From Candidatus Aenigmatarchaeota archaeon (lineage in GTDB: Archaea > Aenigmatarchaeota > Aenigmatarchaeia > CG10238-14), in assembly GCA_018304545.1 (NCBI GenBank), contig JAGVVZ010000001.1:159495-223494 (forward strand): a stretch of DNA of 64,000 bases, given 5' to 3'. Under the pieces are notes generated by a model, which worked only from the letters and a program-made list of their open reading frames with translations, did not search any database and was not told the DNA's origin. Shown in pieces: positions 1 to 10,421 of this stretch. The position numbers and the translations under genes are program-made. The first letter of the stretch is position 1. Each line of letters begins with the position of its first letter.

Positions 1-447
1 TTACCAAGACCAATGATTCATTCAAAAGATTATAATTTCAGTTTTTCTGGACTCAAAACAGCTTCTGTTTTATTAATAGAGAAATTAAAGCAGAAGTATA
101 AAAAAGATTTCAGTAAAGTTGTTCCTGATTTTTGTTCATCGTTCCAACAATCAATTACTGATGTATTATTGGCTAAAACCGTTAAAGCTGTAAAGGAATA
201 TAAAGTAAAGCAATTGTTCATGGGCGGCGGTGTTATATCCAACAATCAAATCAGAAAATCATTCAGAAAAGAAATGAGAAGGCTATCAGTAAACGTTTTC
301 ATATCTGATAAAAAGTTCTGCACTGATAACGCGGCAATGATAGGAATTTGTGCATATTACAAATCAAAAAGAAACGAATATGTGAAAAATATTAAGAACG
401 TAGATAGAATGCCTAATCTAAAAATAAATGAAAATATTTTGTTCTGA
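1..447 (+). CDS. tsaD: t6A synthesis protein TsaD/Kae1 family, C-terminal part (5' truncated by window)
   Basis: LPRPM..YNFSFSGLKTA, GGGVISN and CTDNAAMIG motifs; frame open from base 1. Confidence 0.9.
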   Translation, partial: LPRPMIHSKDYNFSFSGLKTASVLLIEKLKQKYKKDFSKVVPDFCSSFQQSITDVLLAKTVKAVKEYKVKQLFMGGGVISNNQIRKSFRKEMRRLSVNVFISDKKFCTDNAAMIGICAYYKSKRNEYVKNIKNVDRMPNLKINENILF

Positions 448-450
448 GAG

Positions 451-3255
451 TTATCCCCAGAACTTTTTAGTTCTGATGAAATTTCTTTCAGCTTCTAATA
501 GTGCTCGTAGGAAATCCTTTTCACCAAAGTACATGCCTCTGAGAATTCTTACTGCCGTTTGTGGCCCAACACCTCTAGTAGCCAAGGCCATAACAGCTTT
601 TTTTCCATAAACAATAACAAGATCTGACGTTCTATTTATCTTATCCCATATTTTTTGTTCTTCGATAGTCAAACTATTTTTCAATTTCTTTTTAACTAAA
701 TTTATCAGTTCGTGTCTATGATGAGAAATTACTCCTATTAATTTTGCATGACATTTGTCGCATCTGATTATATCTGGCACGTCCTTTATTTTCATAGTAA
801 TATACCAACCACCACAGTTCATACATATCAATTCAACTTTCTTGCTCATCAATCTCTTTTCAAAAATATCTAAAATTTGTAGGTCAGGTTTTTCTGGTCC
901 GACAAGCTCAGGTTTTTGTTTTAATCCTATTTTTCCTAAAGGAGACAGCCCCTTATTAAAAACCAGTTTTATTTGGTTTTTTTGAATTTTATCAAGTATT
1001 TCTTTCGTTTTAATAATATCCAGTTTTTCAGTTTTAATTTCTCGTAATGTTTCTTCCCATATTGGAGTATTTGTGTAAATGTCAATGATCTTGTCTATTC
1101 GAATTCTACTAAAATCAGCATCCTTTTTTATAACACCAAATTTCTTTGCAACATGTAAAAATTTCCATTGGAATAATTTTGTATTAGGAAGTGTTATCTC
1201 CATTAACGGTTCAACATTATCAGTTGATGTTTTATAAATAATTTCTTTAAAAATGTCTAGATTAATTTTTTGAAATTGTAAAACAATTCTATATGGATCT
1301 ATTTTCAAGCCAACCGAACCGATTCTAGTAGCTAACATCGAAGATAGAAATCTACCGAGTGTCTCATTTACAACACTACCAAAACAAGTATGCAATATTA
1401 AAACATCTTCATATATTTCAGCAATTATTTGTTTATCTGTTGGTACGCCATATTTAATTTGCTTATTTATTACATTTATCATACGTTTTCCAGAATTATC
1501 ATCTATGGGATATTTTTGTTTCAATTGTTTCAATATTTCATGTTTATCAATGCTATTCTTTAATTCTATTGAAATAAAATTCCTAATAGAGCCTACTTCT
1601 TGAGCAACCTCAAACGGAACTGGCATCAAATCTCCTTCCCAACCAGGAATAGATGCATCTATGTCGCCAGATGGTTCAACATATATTTTTGTTGCTTCAA
1701 CAGAAACTATATGCCACGGTTCCCCCTTTATTATAAAGGTTGATCCTTCTATACCATGGATGGCTACAAATTCTTCATCTAACGTGCCTACCTTATCATT
1801 AGAAATCATGTTAATTACAGAATAATTTTTTGTGTCTGGTATTGTAGATAAATTTTCAAAATAATATATCAGTCCTTTTTTGGATGATCTAATTGCATCC
1901 TCATCCAAAAATAAATATTTCAGTGAGTTCATTTGCCGGCATACTGATACAAACTGATCCTTAGTCAAATCACGATAAGGATATGCTTTCCTTATTAAAT
2001 CGTAAGCTTCATTTATAGAAATTTTATATTTATCACGGGTTATACCAACTATTTGTTGAGCCAGTACATCTAATGCGTTGTAATGAATTTTCAATGATTG
2101 TAATTTTTCTTGTAGAGCCTGTTTAGCAATTACAACAGATTCAAACAAATCGTCAATATCAGTTGCTATTATAACACCCTTAGATATTCTACTATGCTCA
2201 TGCCCAGATCTTCCTATTCTTTGAATTGCTCTAGCCGGTTCTCTCGGCGACATATAATGTAGAATAAAATCAATGGATCCTATATCTATACCTAGTTCTA
2301 AAGAGGATGTACATACTATGGTTTTCAATTTTTGATTTTTGAACTCTTCTTCAACATTTATTCTAACAGATTTACTTAAACTGCTGTGATGATTAGCTAC
2401 TGATAAATTTGGATAAACTTGTTTTAATCTTGAAGTCAGTATTTCTGCAAAATCTCTAGTATTTGTGAAGACCAAAGTAGATGCATGTTGATTGATCAAC
2501 TCGTAAACTTTTCTTAATCGGGCAGCTATAGATAGACTAGGAATTGTTTCCAATAGCTCATTATCCGACTGGTCTTTTTTAGGACTTATTACTTCAATTT
2601 TCATCTCTTTGGATGATGTAGCTTTTATTATTTTCATATTTCTATTGCCAGAAATGAATTTTGCAATCTCTTCTGGATTTCCTACTGTCGCACTCAATGC
2701 TATTAGTTGGAAATTGCCACACAATTCTCTTAATCTTTCCAATGCAACTGTCAGCTGTATTCCTCTCTTACTGTCTGCTAATTCGTGAATTTCATCTATA
2801 ACAACCCACCTAACATTTCTTAAATTTTCTCTCATTTTTTTAGCCGGTAATATTGCTTGAAGAGTTTCTGGTGTCGAAACTAAAAGATCATCGGGAAAAT
2901 CTACTTGTTTTTTTCGCTCATAAGCAGATGTATCGCCATGTCTGACTGATATATCCATTTCTAATTGTTCACTCCACCATAAAAATCGTCTTAGAAGATC
3001 ACGGTTCAGAGATTTGAGCGGAGTTAAATATAGTATACTAATTGGTTTTGGCTTATTTTTTAGCCACATATCAAATATTGGCAACATAACACTCTCTGTT
3101 TTACCTAGACCGGTTTGAGCAATCAGAAGAACGTTATTACCTTCAAGTATTGGCTTCATTGCTAACTGTTGAGGTACTGTGGGCTTTTCAAAACCACTTT
3201 TCTTAATGGTATCTTTTATTTTTTGTGAAAATATTTCAAAGGACATAGGTATCAC
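451..3255 (-). CDS. lhr: ATP-dependent helicase Lhr (Lhr-core)
   Basis: AQTGLGKTE Walker A, DEIH, LSAT, TSSLELGIDIG, QRIGRSGH; C-terminal CxxC..CxxC as in archaeal Lhr. Confidence 0.92.
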   Translation of the reverse strand: MIPMSFEIFSQKIKDTIKKSGFEKPTVPQQLAMKPILEGNNVLLIAQTGLGKTESVMLPIFDMWLKNKPKPISILYLTPLKSLNRDLLRRFLWWSEQLEMDISVRHGDTSAYERKKQVDFPDDLLVSTPETLQAILPAKKMRENLRNVRWVVIDEIHELADSKRGIQLTVALERLRELCGNFQLIALSATVGNPEEIAKFISGNRNMKIIKATSSKEMKIEVISPKKDQSDNELLETIPSLSIAARLRKVYELINQHASTLVFTNTRDFAEILTSRLKQVYPNLSVANHHSSLSKSVRINVEEEFKNQKLKTIVCTSSLELGIDIGSIDFILHYMSPREPARAIQRIGRSGHEHSRISKGVIIATDIDDLFESVVIAKQALQEKLQSLKIHYNALDVLAQQIVGITRDKYKISINEAYDLIRKAYPYRDLTKDQFVSVCRQMNSLKYLFLDEDAIRSSKKGLIYYFENLSTIPDTKNYSVINMISNDKVGTLDEEFVAIHGIEGSTFIIKGEPWHIVSVEATKIYVEPSGDIDASIPGWEGDLMPVPFEVAQEVGSIRNFISIELKNSIDKHEILKQLKQKYPIDDNSGKRMINVINKQIKYGVPTDKQIIAEIYEDVLILHTCFGSVVNETLGRFLSSMLATRIGSVGLKIDPYRIVLQFQKINLDIFKEIIYKTSTDNVEPLMEITLPNTKLFQWKFLHVAKKFGVIKKDADFSRIRIDKIIDIYTNTPIWEETLREIKTEKLDIIKTKEILDKIQKNQIKLVFNKGLSPLGKIGLKQKPELVGPEKPDLQILDIFEKRLMSKKVELICMNCGGWYITMKIKDVPDIIRCDKCHAKLIGVISHHRHELINLVKKKLKNSLTIEEQKIWDKINRTSDLVIVYGKKAVMALATRGVGPQTAVRILRGMYFGEKDFLRALLEAERNFIRTKKFWG

Positions 3256-3379
3256 TAAGCAAGAGAGGAATAATATTATATGTCTTATAAGACATCATCA
3301 TTAATCAAAGACAAAAGAAAGGCGTGATTAAGATATAAAAACCTTTCTTAATGGAAAATATTGTGGAAATAAATAAAAT

Positions 3380-5098
3380 TTAAAAATCAATAAACCTGAC
3401 AATTCTGCACATACTGTAAGGTATTTCTTTCTTAACCTTATCAAACATGTTTTCAAATCTTTTTTTCATAACTTCGTTATAATTTTCGTTTCCTGGTACA
3501 ATCAAAACATAATTTTTTGTTTGTTTTTTTATAGCAGATTCGGGGCCATAAATCACTTTATCATCTTTGATTCCAACAGCTATTTTAAGCTCAACCCTCC
3601 TGATCCAGCCTCTCTCCCCGTATATCATAAATGAACCTGTGGGCAGGCCACCTTCTTTTTTCATTTGAATGGGTTTTATATAATAAACATCTGCGGTTTG
3701 TATTCCAATTTTCCATGCTTTAGAGTACGATGCACAGAATTGTGCAACTTCAGAAATTGTTTGTTCTGGGATATTCAATTTTTCTGGATTTTTTATCAAA
3801 ACAAATGGGGAGCCAGTGATGTCATTATGAAAGACCAAGTCGTTTTCTTTCATATGTTTTCTTATTAATTGTTCGTTACTTTTAGCGTCTTTTCCGCCAA
3901 TGATTAAAAAATTATCAGAAGAAATAAACCATCTGAAATTTTCATACCATTGTTTTTGATCTACTGGTTTTTGTTGATTTATAATAGGTTTTATAGATAC
4001 ATTGACGTCTAATTCTTCTATTGCTTTATTAACCCCTGTTATTTTTTTCTTTATTTTTTTAATTTCAGAATAATATTTTTGTATGTTTTCATTTATTGTA
4101 TATCTGAAATCAACTGGTATATCGTTAATAACAATTATTGATTTTTTAGGAACAAATTCTAGATTTAATTTTTTAGCAATTTCTTCATGTTTTTCTTTAT
4201 TATCCTTTAATTTCCAGAATTTTGTAAGTATATCATAAAAGTAATCTACTTTCTCATTCATACCATTAATGTATGTCTGATATTTTTCCCTCTCTTCTTT
4301 TAACTCGTGAAGCTTTTCTAATTGTTTACTTTTTATACCAAAATATTTTTGTCTTCTTTCATCATATGGTTTGTTTCTAATTAACTCCAACTCTTTTTCA
4401 TATTCATCCTTAATAATTTCATTTAAATTAGAAAAATCCTTAAACCAAGAATTTATATTATTCAAAAATTCATAGAACTCTGGGATACGATTAGAAATTT
4501 TTTCATTTTTATCTATCATCAGTTTTCTGCATATATCTTCAGTAATTTCATTACCAAAACCAAAGTCTTTAATTAACACCAAAGAAAATTCTTTGTTTTG
4601 TAAATGGTTTGTGAGTTGTTCTAATGACATCTTAAATGGATTGAAATATGACGGCGGATGCACATATTCTAAATTTGGTTTTATCGTCCTGTGTCTCCAT
4701 GATCTCATACTAAGAGCTATAATTATTTTTTTATTCGGTTTCTGCGTTAAAATAAAGTTTCCATCGCCAAAAAACTCGACTATTAGAATATGATTAGTTG
4801 TTTCAATTTCTATTATTCTATCGAATTCATGTTGTCTTACATCTATTATTTTTGAACCAATCAAATGTCTTCTTGTTTGTTTCCCAAGTTCGGATAATTC
4901 AATCAATTCATAGTTTTTTTCTGAAATAAAAAATCCGAATTTAGGTAATATAATCAGAAAGTTTTTCTGATTTTTAATATGTAAATCAAATAAAAAACCG
5001 TTATGTGTTTCCTTAATCTTCTGAATTTTCGAGTTCAGTAGTTTCTTCATCTTTTTTATTTGAAATTTCACTTCCAGACTGTTCATTTGTTTCAACAC
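3380..5098 (-). CDS. NFACT / Rqc2 (RqcH) ribosome quality-control protein
   Basis: QHEFDRIIEI, EFFGDGNFIL, WYENFRWF, GGKDAKSNE, GSFMIYG. Confidence 0.9.
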   Translation of the reverse strand: MLKQMNSLEVKFQIKKMKKLLNSKIQKIKETHNGFLFDLHIKNQKNFLIILPKFGFFISEKNYELIELSELGKQTRRHLIGSKIIDVRQHEFDRIIEIETTNHILIVEFFGDGNFILTQKPNKKIIIALSMRSWRHRTIKPNLEYVHPPSYFNPFKMSLEQLTNHLQNKEFSLVLIKDFGFGNEITEDICRKLMIDKNEKISNRIPEFYEFLNNINSWFKDFSNLNEIIKDEYEKELELIRNKPYDERRQKYFGIKSKQLEKLHELKEEREKYQTYINGMNEKVDYFYDILTKFWKLKDNKEKHEEIAKKLNLEFVPKKSIIVINDIPVDFRYTINENIQKYYSEIKKIKKKITGVNKAIEELDVNVSIKPIINQQKPVDQKQWYENFRWFISSDNFLIIGGKDAKSNEQLIRKHMKENDLVFHNDITGSPFVLIKNPEKLNIPEQTISEVAQFCASYSKAWKIGIQTADVYYIKPIQMKKEGGLPTGSFMIYGERGWIRRVELKIAVGIKDDKVIYGPESAIKKQTKNYVLIVPGNENYNEVMKKRFENMFDKVKKEIPYSMCRIVRFIDF

Positions 5099-5588
5099 TA
5101 ACCACTTCTTTTAATAATTGTTTAATCTCATTTATGCTTTTACCAAAATATTTTTCAAACTCGACAGTGGTCGACACTAATCTTGTTCTACCAGATTTTT
5201 CTGTTTTTAATAAACCTCTTTTTTCGAGGTTTTTTATATAGTCATAAGCTTTGTTTCCCTGAACTTTAATAATATATGACTGTGGAACTGGTTCCTTTAA
5301 AGCAACTACTCCCAAAGTTCGTAACATACCATCAGACAAATCCGAATGCGGTGTTAAAGAAGATACAGTGGATAGAAACTTATTTTTTACTTTTAGTTGA
5401 TAGCTTTCACCTATGTAGACTAATTCAAATCCTCTGTTGTCCTTATCTAGATCATTTTTTATTTCATCCAAGATTTTTACTATTCTTTCATCAGATTTTA
5501 TACCAGAAATTTTAGAGAGTTGTTTAATTGTTAAAGGTTCTGCTGTCATAAATAATGCTGCTTCTATTAAAGCTCTTTTTTCATCCAT
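5013..5588 (-). CDS. scpB: SMC-Scp complex subunit ScpB
   Basis: IEAALF..EPL, LSDGMLRTLGVVA..EP, TT.EFEKYFG. Confidence 0.9.
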   Translation of the reverse strand: MDEKRALIEAALFMTAEPLTIKQLSKISGIKSDERIVKILDEIKNDLDKDNRGFELVYIGESYQLKVKNKFLSTVSSLTPHSDLSDGMLRTLGVVALKEPVPQSYIIKVQGNKAYDYIKNLEKRGLLKTEKSGRTRLVSTTVEFEKYFGKSINEIKQLLKEVVSVETNEQSGSEISNKKDEETTELENSED

Positions 5589-5664
5589 ATTATCATTTTA
5601 TTATTAATATTTAGATAGATAAGAAACTGTGTTCAGATAAATAAATTTAATTATAAGATATTTT

Positions 5665-6162
5665 ATGGTTAACAGAAACATTTCTGTAACATTAGAATGT
5701 TTTATTAAAAAGGGAAACAAATATCTGATGTTACACAGGAACTCTAGTAAAAAAATTATACCGGACGTCTGGATGGCACCGGGCGGTCACAGAGAGTTTA
5801 ATGAGGGTCTTTTTGAATGTGCCAAAAGAGAAATATTAGAAGAGACCGGACTCAAAATAAAAAATATCCATATAAAAGCAACTGGTTGCGCTCATCTAAA
5901 AGACCTAAATAAAGAAATTTTCTTCCATTTGTTAAAGGCGGACTACGCAGGAGGCGAATTAAAAGAGAACATGAACGATGGTAAACTTGCATGGCATACT
6001 CCCGAAGAAATTCTAAATTTAGATAATTTATTATCAGAGCTTCGTGAAATTTTACCTTATATATTCAGCGAAGAGAAGAAAATTACTTCTTACAAAGCTG
6101 TATATGAAAAAGGAAACAAAATGATCCAATTTGAGATTGAAAACGCTGATGGAGAATTTTAA
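5665..6162 (+). CDS. NUDIX hydrolase (MutT-like)
   Basis: Nudix box GGHREFNEGLFECAKREILEETG. Confidence 0.9.
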   Translation: MVNRNISVTLECFIKKGNKYLMLHRNSSKKIIPDVWMAPGGHREFNEGLFECAKREILEETGLKIKNIHIKATGCAHLKDLNKEIFFHLLKADYAGGELKENMNDGKLAWHTPEEILNLDNLLSELREILPYIFSEEKKITSYKAVYEKGNKMIQFEIENADGEF

Positions 6163-6361
6163 ATCTTTACCAAACATTTAAATATATTACTAACGAAAAA
6201 TTATTAAAGTGAATGTGATGCCGTACTAATCCGAGTAGTTCAAAATTTGTGTCATTTTCTATCAGTTTTAATTCTAAATCATGTTGTTGAAAATAAAGTG
6301 AATTATATCGTAAGAGAAGAAAATTTAAAGTTAGTTTTAGAACATATAAAGAGGTGTAGTA

Positions 6362-7645
6362 ATGTTTGATATTAAAATTATAAGAGAAAATCCGGATTTA
6401 GTCAAAAAGGATTTAGTCAAAAGAAACGATACAGAAAAAATAAAGTGGGTAGATGAAACTATAAAATTAGATAAATCATGGAGATCGTCTATACAAGAAT
6501 TAAACGAGTTGAGGAGAAGACGAAACAATATAACTCAGGAAATTGCAAAATTAAAAAAATGGGGAGAAAACGCAGAAAAAATACTAAAAGAGGCAGAAGA
6601 TATACCACAAAAAATTAAAAATTTAGAAGAGAAAACGCAAGAATATCAAGAAAAAATGGACTACTATTTAATGAGATTACCCAACATTTTACATGAATCT
6701 GTTCCTTTAGGAAAGGATGATTCTGAAAATGCGGAAATAAGAAGAGTGGGCAAAACACCAAAGTTTGATTTTGAACCAAAAAATCATTTGGATCTTATGC
6801 AAAATTTAAATTTAATAGAAGTTGATAGAGCAGCTAAAGTATCTGGTCACGGTTTTTTTTATTTAAAGAATGATTTAGCTAGACTAGATTTAGCAATAGT
6901 TCAATACGCTATAGACCTTATGATGAAACGTGGATATACGTTCGTCATACCTCCGTATATGATACATAAAGAACCTTTTATTGGAGTAACGGATTTTGAA
7001 TTCTTCGAAGAGCAGATCTATAAAATAGAAAAGGAAGATTTGTATTTGATAGCAACAGCTGAGCATCCACTAGGAGCGATTTTCAAAGATGAAATTCTTA
7101 ACAAAGATGACATGCCGTTTAAATTCTGTGGATTCAGCCCATGTTTCAGGAAAGAAGTTGGAGCGCATGGAAAATACACAAAAGGACTGTTCAGAATGCA
7201 TCACTTCCATAAGATAGAACAATTCATCTTTTGTCATCCAGACGATTCCTGGGGATTACACGAAGAATTACAAAAAAATTCTGAAGATTTATTGAAGGGA
7301 CTGGGATTGACATATAGAGTTGTTAATGTATGTACTGGCGATATAGGTAGTATAGCAGCAAAAAAATATGACACAGAGATATGGATGGCTGATGGAAGTT
7401 TCAGAGAAGTCGGATCAAATTCTAATTGTACTGACTATCAAGCGAGAAGATTAAATATCAGATTTAAAGAAAAGGAAGGACAAGCAGCGATGGGTTTTGC
7501 ACATACACTGAACAATACGGCACTTGCAACTAGTAGAGTAATGATCGGAATAATAGAACAAAATCAGCAAAAAGATGGATCAATAAATATACCTGAAGCG
7601 TTAAGACCTTTCATGAGTGGAAAGAAGAAAATTGAAAAATCATGA
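6362..7645 (+). CDS. serS: Seryl-tRNA synthetase
   Basis: LIATAEHPL, FRKEVG, SNSNCTDYQARRL, HTLNNTA; N-terminal coiled coil. Confidence 0.97.
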   Translation: MFDIKIIRENPDLVKKDLVKRNDTEKIKWVDETIKLDKSWRSSIQELNELRRRRNNITQEIAKLKKWGENAEKILKEAEDIPQKIKNLEEKTQEYQEKMDYYLMRLPNILHESVPLGKDDSENAEIRRVGKTPKFDFEPKNHLDLMQNLNLIEVDRAAKVSGHGFFYLKNDLARLDLAIVQYAIDLMMKRGYTFVIPPYMIHKEPFIGVTDFEFFEEQIYKIEKEDLYLIATAEHPLGAIFKDEILNKDDMPFKFCGFSPCFRKEVGAHGKYTKGLFRMHHFHKIEQFIFCHPDDSWGLHEELQKNSEDLLKGLGLTYRVVNVCTGDIGSIAAKKYDTEIWMADGSFREVGSNSNCTDYQARRLNIRFKEKEGQAAMGFAHTLNNTALATSRVMIGIIEQNQQKDGSINIPEALRPFMSGKKKIEKS

Positions 7646-7674
7646 ATTTAAGTTTTTTTATTTATTTCATTCAT

Positions 7675-8133
7675 ATGAGTAGTAAACCACATGTACGAAC
7701 TCTTAAAGCGAAATTACATGATAATGTTGTTAGTGCCATATTAGCAGATCCAAAAGTAGTTCCATATAAAATAATTCGAACGGGTGAGATAGTAAGTACA
7801 TATTCGCCTTATTCCTATCCTTTACCATCTGGTAGAAGAGGATCAATTGACATACTTTATGTTATACTTTTTAGGAGTGTGTATCATCTTGTTGGATTAG
7901 AGTACGAGTCAACAAGTTATGGAGAAGGGCACGCAGAATCTCAACTAAGAAATGCTAGAAAGCAAGTTGAACTACAATTTGCAAAATTGTTACCAGATGG
8001 TGCTGGAGCGACATCACAATGGCATGGAGTTTTTGTTTATTATCCTGGAGATGTTGAAGAAGTGCTATATATTAAAGAGGTGTTAGAATCCTTGCGAGCA
8101 GAAGAAATATCATTCACGTATTTGACCAAATAA
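7675..8133 (+). CDS. Hypothetical protein, possible degenerate PD-(D/E)XK fold
   Basis: ORF from second Met; GSIDIL...GLEYES...AESQL pattern. Confidence 0.55.
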   Translation: MSSKPHVRTLKAKLHDNVVSAILADPKVVPYKIIRTGEIVSTYSPYSYPLPSGRRGSIDILYVILFRSVYHLVGLEYESTSYGEGHAESQLRNARKQVELQFAKLLPDGAGATSQWHGVFVYYPGDVEEVLYIKEVLESLRAEEISFTYLTK

Positions 8134-8200
8134 AAACTATTTATATATCTACAGGTCTCATAAAGAAACAAAACTTGTAAATTATTTATTCTTTACACAG

Positions 8201-9358
8201 TCATTGCTGAATCTGATCAGTATCTGAATTTGAGTGTTTTGCCATTTTACTACAAACATAAGCTAATAACAAAGTGTTTGTCGGAATTATTTCCGTAGGT
8301 AAGCATGGAATAAATGCTGATAAACCTTCTACAACAGATGTTATCAAAAGTTCTGCAGCTGGTGTGTAATCTGGTATAACAGTTTTTGCATGGCTATGCA
8401 ATGCTGTAACATAAGCACCATCTAATGGGATTGTAACTTGTGCTGCTCCTGGTACAACATCAGCTAAGTCTAATAGAGGTGCACCATACATCAACCACGG
8501 ATTTTGCATAACATACGCTAAATAATCTGGCATTATATCTTCAGTAACCCCAAATCTTCTTCCCAGAAAGGCATAAAGTCCGGCTCCAATACTACCTGTT
8601 CTTGCTCTTGTTTGTTCAGGTTCATCCATAGGAGATGTTTCATCTGTTGCGTCTCTTGTTCTGCTTCTGGATAACATATATCCTGCACCTAATGAACCTG
8701 CCCCTGATAAAGCACCATATAGTAATCTAATCATATCAGCTGCATCTCTCCATCTTAATGCATCACTACCACCAGCAACCGTATAAGGACATGCTCCTGC
8801 AGCGCTACTAAGCAAATAAGCTGTACTGGCAGTATTAGCAAATCTGACAGCTATATCTGCATCTTGTTCGTCATCTGTAGCTGTTTGAACTGCTCGTCTA
8901 CCTAATCTAGTACCAAAATTCAAAAGAGCTGCTTCAATAACAGCGTATAACATTAATAATCCTAACTCATCTCCTCTAGAAGCAGTTGTTATATGATACA
9001 TCCCACCAGCACCTACTGTACCAGCTGGAATCAAACCGACTAGTGATGCTGTAAAATTAGGATATTGGTTCGCTATTTGGCGAAATCCTGGTATTCTTGC
9101 TATATAACCAGGCACGCCTCTAACATAATCTGGCAATTGCCTTACAGCATTCATTAATCTTTTTGTGCCTCTTTCTTCGTCTGGAGAATCCAAATACCTA
9201 TCTGGATCGATAATATCGTCTTTTTTAAATGGGTGTAACATACGATAAATTGTCTTGTGTTCTGTTTGAAATTCTGGACTATTCAAATATTCCAATCTTT
9301 CTCCTATATCATCCCAAAACCCTACGGGTTTTCTTCGTTGGTAATTATCGTCTGACAT
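8201..9358 (-). CDS. Orphan Ala/Gly-rich membrane protein
   Basis: 385-aa ORF with several hydrophobic Gly/Ala-rich helices; TATA box upstream. Confidence 0.75.
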   Translation of the reverse strand: MSDDNYQRRKPVGFWDDIGERLEYLNSPEFQTEHKTIYRMLHPFKKDDIIDPDRYLDSPDEERGTKRLMNAVRQLPDYVRGVPGYIARIPGFRQIANQYPNFTASLVGLIPAGTVGAGGMYHITTASRGDELGLLMLYAVIEAALLNFGTRLGRRAVQTATDDEQDADIAVRFANTASTAYLLSSAAGACPYTVAGGSDALRWRDAADMIRLLYGALSGAGSLGAGYMLSRSRTRDATDETSPMDEPEQTRARTGSIGAGLYAFLGRRFGVTEDIMPDYLAYVMQNPWLMYGAPLLDLADVVPGAAQVTIPLDGAYVTALHSHAKTVIPDYTPAAELLITSVVEGLSAFIPCLPTEIIPTNTLLLAYVCSKMAKHSNSDTDQIQQ

Positions 9359-9426
9359 GACTATTAGTTAGTAATAACGATACTTATATATATTTGATAT
9401 AATTTATATAATAAAGGTGATTTTAT

Positions 9427-10407
9427 ATAAAAAGAAAGGCAATAAAGTTTGGTTCGACCTATGTTGTATCCCTACCACTACCGTGGTCAAGAAGATTTGA
9501 CATAGATAAAAAAAGGGAGATTAGCGTAGAAGAAACTGAAGACGGGATATTAAAAATAATTCCTGGAGATATGAAAAGACTAGAGGACGAGACGACTATA
9601 GTTATAACAAAAGATATGACTGCTGACAAGATATATTATAAAATACTTAGAGCATATTTCAACGGATACAAAAAAATAATCCTTGTTGGGAGCATTACTG
9701 ACGTACAGATGGATTTTCTTGTGATGATGCATAAACGTATTGTTGGTTTAGAAGTTACCGAACAAAAAAAAGATCAAATAATAATCACGGATCTTCTAAA
9801 ACCAGAAGATGTGGATTTAGATAAAATTGTAAATCAAATGTTTTCGTTCATAACAATCATGACAAACGATATTATTTTGCATATTTCAGAAGATTCCTAT
9901 ATTGGAGATAAAGTACTTAACAGAGACTCAATAATAATTCGAAATCACAATTTGGCCTATAGGTGCTGTAATATGGCTTTGAAAGATTCAATATATTTGG
10001 GAAAATTAAAAAAAACGACTAACCAAGTATTAGTAATTTCTAGAATTATTAGAAGTTTGGATATGATAGGAACCATATTAATAGGAATAAGTTATCTGCT
10101 AAATACAGAAACTACAAGAGGCATGAAAAAATTTCATTATAAAACATTTGAAAAAAATGATAGACTGAATAAAATTTTAGATGAGTATCTTAGAAAATGG
10201 TCGAAAAATTTTAAGTCGATAAAATCCGCGATAAAGGAAAGGGATATTGAAAGGATAATAGATCTTTACGTCAGAAGATTTGAGACAAAATTAAATATAG
10301 AAGACAAAAATTTACAACCCAGCGAACATTTAACAAACATAGTTGATTTGGCTGATCAACTAAGCAGAATGAGTGCTCTTATTCTTAGAGACTTCATGAT
10401 GTATTAG
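9427..10407 (+). CDS. AbrB-PhoU family phosphate uptake regulator; probable ATA start at 9427
   Basis: Frame extends upstream of ATG 9571 as IKRKAIKFGSTYVVSLPLPW (AbrB domain); RAYFNGY and GLEVTEQ PhoU-regulator motifs; GGTGA at 9416-9420. Confidence 0.8.
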   Translation: MKRKAIKFGSTYVVSLPLPWSRRFDIDKKREISVEETEDGILKIIPGDMKRLEDETTIVITKDMTADKIYYKILRAYFNGYKKIILVGSITDVQMDFLVMMHKRIVGLEVTEQKKDQIIITDLLKPEDVDLDKIVNQMFSFITIMTNDIILHISEDSYIGDKVLNRDSIIIRNHNLAYRCCNMALKDSIYLGKLKKTTNQVLVISRIIRSLDMIGTILIGISYLLNTETTRGMKKFHYKTFEKNDRLNKILDEYLRKWSKNFKSIKSAIKERDIERIIDLYVRRFETKLNIEDKNLQPSEHLTNIVDLADQLSRMSALILRDFMMY

Positions 10408-10421
10408 TTAACACATAATGA

